A DNA stretch of 63,605 bases, counting the filler, from Phoronis australis (lineage: Eukaryota; Animalia; Phoronida): the NCBI GenBank assembly GCA_002633005.1. It is 12 parts of 12 records of this genome, joined end to end, with 100 filler letters (N's around TTAATTAATTAA, not from the genome) between each part and the next. Parts side by side here need not be neighbours in the genome. Positions count along the whole stretch, not along the records: positions 36,510 to 39,535 come from NMRA01003270.1; positions 39,636 to 43,304 come from NMRA01002904.1; positions 43,405 to 57,846 come from NMRA01000815.1; 9 more parts are not named here. One strand, 5' to 3'. The translations under genes were made by a program, and so were the position numbers. The notes under the pieces are model-generated. The model did not search any database. It was not told the DNA's origin and saw only the letters and a list, made by a program, of their open reading frames with translations. Below are positions 38,732 to 50,347 of this stretch, piece by piece. Within the stretch, counting starts at the first letter, position 1. Each line of letters opens with the position of its first letter.

Positions 38732-39535
38732 CCATCTTGCAGAGTTTTATTTAATTCTATTTATTTACGTCATAACAAATGACATTATTCGCAATCCTCC
38801 TCTTGTTTTACTCTGCAACATAGCTCGTGGCGTACCCCGGGCAAAATAGATTACGATAAATTAAATTTAACTTGTTAAATGCATTTATCGGCATTATTTT
38901 GACATTTGTCACTTTATTTTGATATCAACCCTTAGGGTTTATTTTTAACTACTCATCTCTATTTATAGCCTCAAGGGTCTACTTTTGTATTCATACATTT
39001 CTCTATGCAACACCTGATTGGTCGCCCATATTTCCTTTGTTCAGTTCAACGTGGTCTATCTCATTCAGCCACCTACCTCGTCCGGTCTACAAGACCTACG
39101 TTCGTTCTCTGCTTTCCCCCCATTCCGGGTGTTTGTTCCACGTTTTTCTTTTGCTCATATACATTACCTGTTAGGTATTTTCAAGTTTTGTGTTCATGTT
39201 CTGTACTTTTTCGCTAGGCTCTTCAGGCCGTTCTTTTGTTTTGGTTCCCTCTTTCAGGGCTATTCATCACGCCGGTGGGTGTTTTTTCCATGACCATCTT
39301 GCAGAGTCTTATTTAGTTCTACCTATTTACGTCATAATAAATAACATTATTCGCAATCCTCCTCTTGTTTTACTCTGCAACATAGCTCGTCGCGTACCCC
39401 GTGCAAAACAGATTACGATAAATGTAAACAATTAGCGGCTAGGCTCAAAATGACGTATATTTATCGTAATCTATTTTGCCCGGGGTACGCCACGAGCTAT
39501 GTTGCAGAGTAAAACAAGAGGAGGATTGAGAATAT
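38732..39535. repeat. ~130-bp unit present as two direct copies and one inverted copy
   Basis: Direct copies 38732-38861 and 39294-39423; inverted partial copy 39459-39535 running into the contig end. Confidence 0.9.
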
Positions 39536-39635
39536 NNNNNNNNNNNNNNNNNNNNNNNNNNNNNNNNNNNNNNNNNNNNTTAATTAATTAANNNNNNNNN
39601 NNNNNNNNNNNNNNNNNNNNNNNNNNNNNNNNNNN

Positions 39636-39696
39636 CCTTGGCAGCCGCCACGAAGACGTCATCAGAGCCGTTGAAAATAGCCGATAAGCTCCTGAT
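39636..39696 (-). CDS. DCX (doublecortin) domain, C-terminal exon (truncated by contig end)
   Basis: cttgtttatag|; encodes IRSLSAIFNGSDDVFVAAAK, the DCX tail; phase 0 matches the exon at 43060-43304. Confidence 0.8.
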
Positions 39697-42121
39697 CTAT
39701 AAACAAGTTTTGTCAAAATCCACAGTGAAATATCTTCTCAAGTAGGCCGCCATCAGAAGTCATTTAAAGCTGCTAAAAGGTCACCATTTGTCTAATCACT
39801 TAGACCAGCTACCATTGGTCTCCACTCGTTCATTTCTTATGGAATTGAAGGTGATTTCTGTTCTTAGAAAAAGTTGATGTGTTGTTAATGCTCCTGACCA
39901 GATTACTACAAGTGAATTGAATATCTCTCCCCATGCCCAGAAACAGCCTCTCATCTGAGCCTAGGAACAGGTTATAAGGGATCAGTTTTACAGCGGAACC
40001 TGGCAAAAATCAAATAAATCAAAAGTTTCAGAATCTAAAAGTTTCTTGACCGGAGATAATGGTACAAAACGACTTTAAGGAAAACAATCTGCACCATGAT
40101 GGTAAATACGTGAGCTATTATGTGTAATCATATCTTGCTAAGATTTATTCCCAGGAGAGAATCAGTCTATTGATCCATCGTCAGCATGACAACAAGCAAA
40201 AACAAACCAAGCAGGAGAATTTCTTTGCAAAACATAGCACGCGTTTTAATTACCGGTTGTCATTCACACTCCACCAATTAGTAGGTAAAATGTAATATGA
40301 AACCCTTTTTTCTTACCGGTAGCCTTCTTAAGATTGACTCAAAATTGGGGTGCATTCCATACATGTAAATCTTGTATGAATGAATAAACAAAGTCATGTG
40401 CAGTAATATCACACAAATGAAAAATGACTGTTTTGCAAGTGTGCTTGAGACTTTACTAAGTGTAACTCATTTAAATAGGAGCCACTTAAAAGTAATTGAT
40501 CGGTGAGGTTGGACTGTTGAATTATGACTAGACTTCAATGTTTCCATTCTAAAAGGGAAGTGCATGTCCGATGCCTTGGGTCTACACAACACAACACTGA
40601 TCTATTTGTCTGCACTGCGAACTATTATTAATGAGCAAAATTCAACTGAGTCAAGCATTATGAAACAGTTGAAAATTAATGCTTATTTTGGTCAATTCAT
40701 AAAAGTCAATAATACAGGGGTCCCACATTTTAAGAACAAGTTTTCTCGACTGAATAACAAGCATTTAAGTAGTTCTCGAAATCCCGGATCCCGAAAGTGT
40801 CTATTGGAGGTGCTTTGAAACCCTGACGATTTTAAAGATAATTTTAACTTTTAGCAGATTATTTTTGATAAAAATAAATGCTCAAAATCTGTAACATTTG
40901 AAAATCCGTATGTAGTGATTTCTAGGCCCTTAAAGTACATAGAATACGCATAAATCCATAACAGTTGGCAGCCTGAATCATACAAAATGTCTGAATATGA
41001 GTTAGGTCAAACAAACAAACTTGGTTCCAGCCTATGTTTTCCAAAAAAGAAAATTTACCAGATAAGAGCTAAAACTGGGAGTTGGCATAAAACCTTGCTT
41101 ATGTGCCTCTGTGCTGAGCTTTAAAACAAAGAGACCTGGGCTAGAATTTATAGGGGCCGGCATTACTTTTACAGTCAGTGCAGGTCAGGATACAGAACAG
41201 AACCAAATTTATATTTTTGGCCTTAATCTAGAAATTGATTGTTCTGTTTCAATTTAAGGCTCAATGATATATACATAAACATTGAAACATTTATAAGTTT
41301 CTGAAATCAATAATTCAGTATGATAGGAACAACTTTGAGACATCATCATTAAATTTTTTCATTGATAACTGACTATTTAAACAACGTTTCCTTGAGTATG
41401 GTTTTCATTCCAAATGGGTTAATTATTTATTCATTTGCAAACGCATTCAGATCAGAACAAATTGGTTGACCTTGAAAAACCATGCACAGAACAAATCTCC
41501 ATGGCGACAAATATTTAAGCAAATAAAAATAACTGAAAGTAACCTACTGTATGTAAAGTAAATTTGATATATGGGATCTATTAATTACACTTTCTAAAAG
41601 AATACTTGACTGAAGAAATTCATATAAAGAATCATGAAGAGATAGACAATTGAATCGATAGGTTTTGTGAAATTCAGAAACTGCATTTGTGGAAAGTGCA
41701 ATATTGATTGAAACATAATGACACAAAACCAGAATAGTCTAATAGTCACCCACAGAGGGACCTAGAAATTCTTGGTAGTGTAAGGTTTTTTGATCGTTTC
41801 ATGTTGAGGTAACCACCCTGGGTTGTAATCGTGACCAGAGCCTTTAGTTTTATGATAGTGTTAATAAGTGCACATGCGGCACGTATCCGTGGAAACCATT
41901 ATGTACTCAAGCACAGAATTATTGACACTAAGCTTGAGTTCATACATAAGTAGAATACAAAATGACCAAAAATAATTTTGAGTGCGAACTCAAGTAAAAT
42001 GATTAGATCTCGGGCCCTCAGAGGAGACTCACTGTTCAGTTTTGAATAGAAAGTGAGTTTCATACATTTTGTGGTATAAAATTCACACCAGGGGGGCACT
42101 CAAAGACACGGCCTCTTTTAA

Positions 42122-42627
42122 AGGCCCTTTCATATTGACTTAACTCCGGTCTGCGTGGAGCAACGACGTAAACAGCGCAGTTAACTGGACCGTTCATACT
42201 GGCTTCGGTAGTTAATGAGCATCGAAGTAAACGGTTGGTGATGCTGTCGTCATCGAAGTTATGGCAAGGTAGCGCTGTATGCTAAGATTTTTTCCATGTG
42301 ACAATTTGGGAACATTTACATGTGCTAAATGACATTAATCTTATTTTTAAATCAATTAATTGTTATTAGAGCAAAATATAAGCAGCTATTAGTGACGGCA
42401 CTACCCTGTCACTGCTGACAAGAACAGTGGCACCTGGCGATAACTTCGATTGGACTGAAGTTAACCGTTCATACTGCACCGCAGCGCCGACACTGCGCTA
42501 TTAAATCCACCTGTTAACTGCGATGTTAACTGGAGCTGTTAACTGCGCTCCAGGACCGGAGTTAAGCGTTCATACTGACCGCAACTCCCCAAACCATCGA
42601 CGCGTTGACATTAGTATGAAAAGCCCT
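42122..42627. mobile_element. PIF/Harbinger-like MITE in the DCX-gene intron
   Basis: Imperfect TIRs AGGCCCTTTCATATTG and TAGTATGAAAAGCCCT; flanks TAA and TAG; internal inverted blocks (ttaactccggtc/gaccggagttaa) and three copies of cgttcatactg. Confidence 0.6.
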
Positions 42628-43059
42628 TAGAAAGTCTTGATTGTATAGCCAGGGTAAGCATTAAGGCCAGCATGGGTGTTATGAGTGGGCATAACTCCAG
42701 ACAAATAAGGTACATTACAACAATGTTGGACAGCGTACCAGCTTTACTGCAGATAATGTTGCCGAATATACATGTACCTGAATGTGTTCAATGAATCCAG
42801 CTCTAGTTTTTTAAGCAATGCTTTTGAATTGTAACCAGCAGGTTTATGTCTTTGTTAGACATCCTATTATTGTAATATTATTATTATTACAGGATTGCAT
42901 TGTTATTGACACCATTACATTATCTCTATCATAGTTCTTATGAATAAAATTATTAGCTCTGACTAGTTTTAATATTAATAATAATCATTATCACGCACTA
43001 GTTCCATTCTCACTTATTATTATCAATGTTATTATTATTAGACATTATTCAGCACTCAC

Positions 43060-43304
43060 CGGGCGTCCCTCTGTCGTAAACACTCGGTGGACGGCCATCT
43101 TGAAGACATCACTAAAATCGTCCAGCAGAGTCTCAAAACTCCGCAAGTTCTTTCTGTTCAGCCAAAACTTATGCTGCACAACTGAGTTACCGTTCTTGAG
43201 CACCGTAATCTTCTTAGCAGGGGGGTTGCCATAGCGACCATGTCCAGTTGTCAGCGCTTCTTCGTCTTCACTAAAAGCGTGAGGTGGCGGTAAAGATTTG
43301 GCGT
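43060..43304 (-). CDS. DCX-domain protein exon (RP1/RP1L1-like DCX repeat), 5' end truncated
   Basis: Encodes ...PPAKKITVLKNGNSVVQHKFWLNRKNLRSFETLLDDFSDVFKMAVHRVFTTEGRP then donor |gtgagt. Absent from the ORF track. Confidence 0.85.
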
Positions 43305-45794
43305 NNNNNNNNNNNNNNNNNNNNNNNNNNNNNNNNNNNNNNNNNNNNTTAATTAATTAANNNNNNNNNNNNNNNNNNNNNNNNNNNNNNNNNNNNNNNN
43401 NNNNATTGGCCGTCATCACTGAAGACGATCGAAGATATCTTACAAGGTTACTGATTGAGTTGAGAGTGCCTGCACTTTCGAGTATAGTTGTGACTTATGA
43501 CACGGGACGCATGGTAACTTTTTCACTCAAGTGGATACTATCAAGATTACTGGCGAACGGGTAATATTGGTAGGTTCACACGGGGTGGGATTGAAGTTGT
43601 ACTCATGAAAAGGGTTTCTGATTCACTCATAGCACAAGGGATCAGTCGTATTAAGAGAACAGACGATAGTCCAAATGGCTGTGTATCCATAAATAATAAT
43701 TTTCTAAATTTTAAATCCCTACGTGTTAAGCCGACTTGTAATGCTGCGAAAGGAAAGACTATAAAACGTAAACCATTGAACAAATTGGTTCTTCAAACTT
43801 GAAGCAGTGTGGTTTTAAAAACTCATATTGCCACCGGCCCAACAGTATATTACACACGATAAAAACAAGAATACACACCGCACAAAATTGTAGTTTCCGT
43901 CGGTGCTCCCTGCATATTGAAAATAGTTAACTTGGCTTACTTTGACCAGGAGTTTAGAGCCCCTGGCTGAATTGTAGGGGCGAATTTGGGCCTACTCAGT
44001 TCAGTCCCTTCAGTTATTGAGGAATGATCAGGCGGGAGTGAAAGAACCAATTACCACTCCAGGTAAGAAAAAATTCCTCCCAGAACTCACAAAACTAGTA
44101 CCATTCACTCGGACACCTCTTCAAAGTTGATTTGCAGTAGGTCCGAGAGCTCAGCAGGATATTTGTGGAACTTCCCAGGAGGGAACGCCCGGCACAGACT
44201 CAGAGATTGCGACTGGGGTGGCGATATCGGCTGGGGTTCAGCAAAACTAAAGTTTCAATGATAACCCAATTCTGGCTAATTCCCCATTCAGAAGCCCGGG
44301 TCGTCGACTTTTCCAGTTTGACCTGAGTGTGAGTCCTAATAGGCCTACAGCTATTTTAATGACTTACCAAAAATGTTCATTGTATAAAGAATCATAGCAA
44401 AAACCTAAAGCAGTTATATGAACCACGTTTGCGTGTCGAAAATAACTTTATTCCCAGCCGTATACGCTTCCAAAACCGTTATCTTGTCATAACAGGTCAG
44501 AAGTGAAATTGGTTTCTAACGTGTCAGAACCTTGAATTTTCGGTTTCAGAGCTGAAATCGATTCGTGCTGCGACTTGAAACTCAAAGGTGAGATTTATAT
44601 GAAGCCATAACGAACTGTCAGTTTGTTTCGATTCATGTTTATCAATGAAGGATGTGAACGTAAGCATGTTAACATGCTTAGAGCGAATCGAGTAAAATTA
44701 AAGCAGCGATTTAGTTGATGTATTCTTCACGAGAATTTTGAAAAGTTTTCTTGCATTTCCGAAATCAGAAAGCGTCAGTTTGTTATAGTTATGGCTGAGA
44801 CGTACCCGATCAAAGATGTGTAGAGTCGAAGGAATGTGGATCATGCTAAGGGTACCGGACTGCGATTGAAAGAAGCTCGCTCCTTGTACTGGTATTCCTC
44901 GAATGCCGTAGGCCTACGGGGAGGAGAGGGTAGTCAACTTCAATTATGGAAAGAAAACTATCCGCGTAGCACCTAAAAACCTAATGCAGGGAGCGTTTTT
45001 GGTGGTGTCCTACTATGTTGATCTTCAATTCTCGCTACTGCTAACGGTAGAAACAAGCCTTCCACGACAGAAATCACACACCGTTATGAAATTAGTCTCC
45101 CAAAATTCAATTTCGAGCTCGACTTGGAGTCAAAAAGAATAGACCCCTGGCCAGGTTTTCCAAGCCCAAAATCAGCAAACTTAAATCTGTTGAGTGCCAC
45201 TTACCATTGGGCTTTCAAAAGTTAGGCTGCGGCCGCGGCCAATTCGGATTGCCAAAATATTAAAGTCTACGGATAGGCCAGGATTGGGGGCATTCAATTT
45301 AGGTAGGTATTACATGTACATGTACATGCAGTGTAAGTGTGATTTATTAATTTGTGTTTGTGAACATGCTGAGAATGAAAAATACCACTTGGTCGGCAGT
45401 AGCTGCAGTTCTCTTCAAGACTGCGGCTCCCTGCTGCATTTGTGCATTGCTGGGTAGCGAAATTGGCCTCGATGTTCGGGTAGCCCTGAACAAGCCAAAT
45501 TTTCAAAAAAAAACTAAGTGGTTGACAGTACTTTTGGACCACATCTTTGAAATTGGTATGAAATTTGCTTTCAGAATCTAATGTTGGCTTCAGTCGAGCA
45601 TCGGCAGGGAAGTGGTGGTTTTGGGGTGAAAAGTGCAAATTTTGGGGGCGGTTTATCCCTTTTTCTTAGGTTACCTAATTGCTTTTCAGCAGGAGTGAAA
45701 GCCGGAGTCAAATTCTGTGCTCGTCTTGAAGCTCGTGATGTGAAATTACTCGGATCTTTTGCATACAGCGACAGAGTGAAGAAAGGTTGACGGG

Positions 45795-45950
45795 TCCATT
45801 GACGTGTGCTCTGATTGGCAAACCTGTGAGAACTGTTCTGTGACGGTCCCCTTGTGTCTGTAATTACGTCATCAGTACCCGGAAGTAAGCCTTGGAAGCA
45901 ATGGCGGTGGTCAAGGAGAGCACGCACAATCCGAGATATCGCGAGTTGCT
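45795..45950. promoter_or_regulatory. Candidate housekeeping-type promoter motif cluster
   Basis: TGACGT (45800), inverted CCAAT (45813), TTACGTCA (45864), ETS-like CCGGAAGT (45879), YY1-like AATGGCGG (45900) and TCGCGA (45939) within 150 bp. No linked gene identified. Confidence 0.35.
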
Positions 45951-46989
45951 AGTTGAAGACGATCGGCTAAATCAAGACTACGCATTGTAATTTATCGTAG
46001 GCACAGACCTCTACTGTTTTTGGATTCGGTGATTTTGCAGTGATCGAGTGTTGAAGGTCCAAGTTTAAATTCTTTAAAGCGCGTGAGAATTAAGTTAATT
46101 AATTCAGTTGTGAGCTAAACACAATTTAAAAGGTCCCATTGGCTATGCAAGAAGGATCAGAAAGGCGGTCTGGACTTTAAAACAGCACAATGAACAGAGA
46201 CGATGGCGCTCACAGTTCGACTCAGCCCTGTGTACAACCCTGTATTACGCCCAGCGACACCGAGCGGCAAGACATCACACTGATGAAGGCTTCAGCCAAT
46301 CTGAGAAGAAATTTGCCGTAGTTTTTTCAATTTATCTGTGGAGGCACTAAAAGCGCCAAATGTATTAACTGAGACCAAACGGGCAGGTAACGAAGTACGA
46401 GTTGTCCGAAATCTGCCTAGTCACTTTTGTACTTTCTAAAATGCTTGAGACATTTTACAACGTGATCAACCCTTCCTCAGTCTCCAACCAAAACAAAGGC
46501 AACGGCACAGGATACGAGTCACACTTTGACTGCCGGCCTTCAGAAGTCGAGCGGATTGTGGTACCTTCTCGCTTTGAGTGTAAAAGCATGTTTGCTTTTG
46601 TACATAGCCTTTATCTAAAACATGATTTAGTGAATTTCATTTTGACTCATATCAAAAAAAAACAGGCTATGCCAATTAACTAGTAAAAGTATACATTTTC
46701 TGAACGAAATAAGATCAGAAATTATAAAGGCATGTTTTATACTGACGTGTCATTATGATATTACGGTAACACTTTTTAAGAAAGGCACACCCATAAGAAA
46801 ATAGCCGCTTGGTAGAATTTAACAAAACACCTTTTAAGTGAAAACTTCACAATTTACCTCAAAAACTTTGTTAAGAATTTTCGATTACTCGTTTAGTTTT
46901 GTTTCTATACCAAATTAACTGGCACGTAAGGTATTTTTTAAAAAAAAAAATTGCAGTCGTAATCGTCTATCCTACGGTAAGTTTGAAAG

Positions 46990-47300
46990 GAAAATCCTGA
47001 GGGAGTTTTTTGAGATTGTTGAGTAAATACTAATATTGGAAAGATTCAGTGAAAGTCACCGAGCTGTTTTCGAGAACTCGTGTTCCCAAGTTGGATTTAA
47101 GTCGATTTTTCGAAGCCGAGAAAAGCGGAAAACGTCTCAAGTTTTCAAGTTCACTGAAAATCTGACGGTGATCGCTTAATGATTCGGTGAAAACTTATTT
47201 TTGATGGATATATCTTATCTTAACAAAGTTCACTATTTCAACATTTACTCGCAATGTCAAGTGAATTTGCAGTGCGTAATTAACTTAGTTATCACTAAAA
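46990..47300 (-). repeat. Interspersed repeat, inverted homolog of ~2550-2850
   Basis: See feature at 2550-2850; a short third fragment lies at ~47570-47620. Confidence 0.7.
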
Positions 47301-50300
47301 CGTTTAATTTTGTGAATGGGCATCGAGTCAAGGCAGTGTCAAGTTTTGACCTACTTAATGGTAGGTCAACAGTTCACCACCGCTGGGAGACTGATATGAA
47401 ACCAAGTACGAAATGGACAACAGAAATCGAGTTGGTGGTTAAAGCGCGTCGTGAGCATGAGACATCGAAATGATCAAATTACCGATCAAATTAATTAATT
47501 TCGGTAAGGATTCATCTCTTTTCACAACTTGGTGATTGTATATTATTTTTGTCAATTTTAATTCTTGAATAAATATTAATATTGGAAAGTTTCAGTGAAA
47601 TTCACCGAGTCGTTTTATAGATTTGTTTTCGTGCTATTAAAATAGCACTTGTTGCAAATATTGCCATACTTTAGTTGTTTATATATTACTATTGGTATTT
47701 TTTGTTAGCGTTTGTTGTTGTACTTCCGTCACCGCCGACGTTTTCTTCTTACTTACATGTACGTATACTACTAATTACTTCGTGAACACAAAGTGACAGA
47801 GGCGTTGAGGCTACTCGGACTCGGTGCATACGTTTCGACGTACAGTATAACTCCCTCACCCAACAGCCCTGTAGCCTTTGACTTCGGATAAATAGTAAAC
47901 AAATTTCCAGACTACTGTGCTGTTCTAAGGTGGTTCTGATAAATCGGAAAATATTTCGTATTTGAAGTTTCCGAGAATGAAGATAATGTATTTTGCTAGA
48001 CGTAGATGAAATAATGTAAAAACAGCCGATTTTTTTATGAATAAGGTTCGAGATATTATTAAAACATATTTAGAGACTGTGTATAATTTCTAAAATGTGA
48101 GTCATCTGTGAAGTTATTCGGCAATACACTCTCTCTCTCTTCTATGGTCTCATTTTTCATAGATTTGTGTTCGTGAGTTCCTGGCGAACGAAAATTTTCA
48201 ACTGAGTGCAAACGTTAGCAAAATCACGGTTACTGGGCCGACTTAAAAAACGCTGTTTTCTCTCATTTTTTCCAAATAATATTGCCAAATTTACATAAAA
48301 CGCAAATCAGCAAGAGTAGAAGGCGTTAGATCGTAATCATCTGATCGCCTCTGCATATGAATCTGAAGTCAAGCATTTACATTGTATCCTCGTTCGTGAC
48401 TCGATAAATATTTAAATTCTTATCCGCTGTCGACGGCTTGAACTGAAATCGGACGTGGTATGAAACCGTCACTCCCGAAACGTTGCAAAGGGTTTTCGTA
48501 TTCTATCCTTATCTCAGTCGTTTAAAGATGATGTTCACAGCATGCTGTCCAAATAACATGCACAGTTCTTACTTTCTTCTTCGTGAATTACACATTTTGA
48601 TAATTAACCACTGTTTCAGATTCTAGGGTAACTCTTTAGCAGTCACTTGTGTGTAACTAATTAGATCTGGAATTGGGCTAACAGTTTTTCTTTAGGTCAT
48701 TTTAACCATGACAAAGTCAAATACGTAGTAGGTCGAACAAGTTGCAAGTCGTGGAGGTCATAAGAGTGGGCACATCAATGTGTCTTCACTTACTGTTCGA
48801 ACATCTGTCCTTTAGCCACCTTGAAAACGTCATACAACCAGCAACAAAATAGTCACGCACACAAAGAAATTCCTTCTCGGTCAGTGAGTCCGTAGATATG
48901 TTTCGCGATGCACTTACTTTCATGAACCGGTATGTGGTTTTTCAAGCGGTGCATCCTTGATATTTAGTACTCAACTTGGTATGACGGACTTTTTGTAATA
49001 ATAGAATTCAATGTTTTTCACAACTCCATGAAGAACTTTTCAGTTGAAAACAAAAATGACGGAGACTTATTCGGAAGATATTCAGGTTTCATTTGTTCGT
49101 GACTTGGAAACATATACTTCGCGAGCACAAATCCACATGGCGAGTGGATAAATGTGTGTGTGAGGTATCATTTGTTTCCCATTTCAGGTAATTAAGTTTC
49201 GCGATCCACTAGGACGAGTAAACGACATAAAATGTCGATTTAAAATATGTGGCTTCGTCATGTTCAGATACGACGTGTCTGAAGAAGCTATCAGTGTACC
49301 TAAGGTAACTAAAGATAAGTGCTGTGAATTAGAAAATTATAAATATGAGCAAAATACTTCAAAAACGCGGGAAACTTCATTACGAATCCCATTTTGTTTG
49401 CCAAAATAACCGATATAAGCACCAAATTAACGTTTTTAGATCTAGAAAGAGTTTTAAATGAGCGACAGCGGAAGTTTGAATCTGCACTGGAGCTGATCTC
49501 AGAAAATCACTTGTCTTGCCGAGAGCGTCATTTTAGTTTGGCTTGTCCCAGCCAATAAAGGGTTCTTCTTGTTCATTGAAACTGGTTAACGTCGACGTTG
49601 TTCTCGTGAATGATTAGTCATAGTGGAAATTTTAGCTAGTCGTTTGGAATAGCTCCTAAGATGGGAATGATGAAAATTCTGACATCCGGTTTCGCTCGAG
49701 GCTGTGTTCCACTGTTTCTTGAGTTCAGAGTTCACATCTACAGAATAAAAGTAGCGGACGTTTAGTATACGGGGCATTTGTGCTTTCAAGTCGAAGCATA
49801 CCGGGAGGTCGTCATTTCAGAATAAGGGAGTTGACAAGTGTACAACATGGCTGCAAGTAAGTGAAAGACAAATATGTGTAGCGCACTTTGAATGAATTGA
49901 CGTTATACATACTTTAGGTGCGACTGCTGTGCCACGTTGACTTTCCTTCGCACCGGTGCCTCAGTCGATCTCAAAATACATAGTTATTTACATATCGAAA
50001 TATGTCGCACAGAAGAGCACAAGCAAAGTTGGAATAAAGACAACAACTTTTCTAAAATGTAACGACATCTTTCGGGGGTAAAACATCCACCATGTCAAGC
50101 TTTATTCAGTAGAGCATACCGGGAGGCATCCGTAACCATCCTCTGGATAAAGCTTGACATTGTTAAAAGATGTCGCTACCTTTTAGAAAAGTTTACCTAC
50201 AGGTTACATGTCATGTGCATGTAATTAGAGGGTGGCTGAACTTGTGGACAAACTACTCTGAAATTAGTGTTACAACCGCTGATCACCCTGGCACAGATCA

Positions 50301-50347
50301 GTCTGGGCCAATATTTCAACAGTGGTATGCCGCGTTCTGTTGAAGGT

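Noticed and set aside
46280-46315. Hammerhead core at CTGATGAAGGC
   Set aside because: No GAAA directly after the stem and no stem I or III; the same applies to CTGATGA at ~18592 and ~28731.
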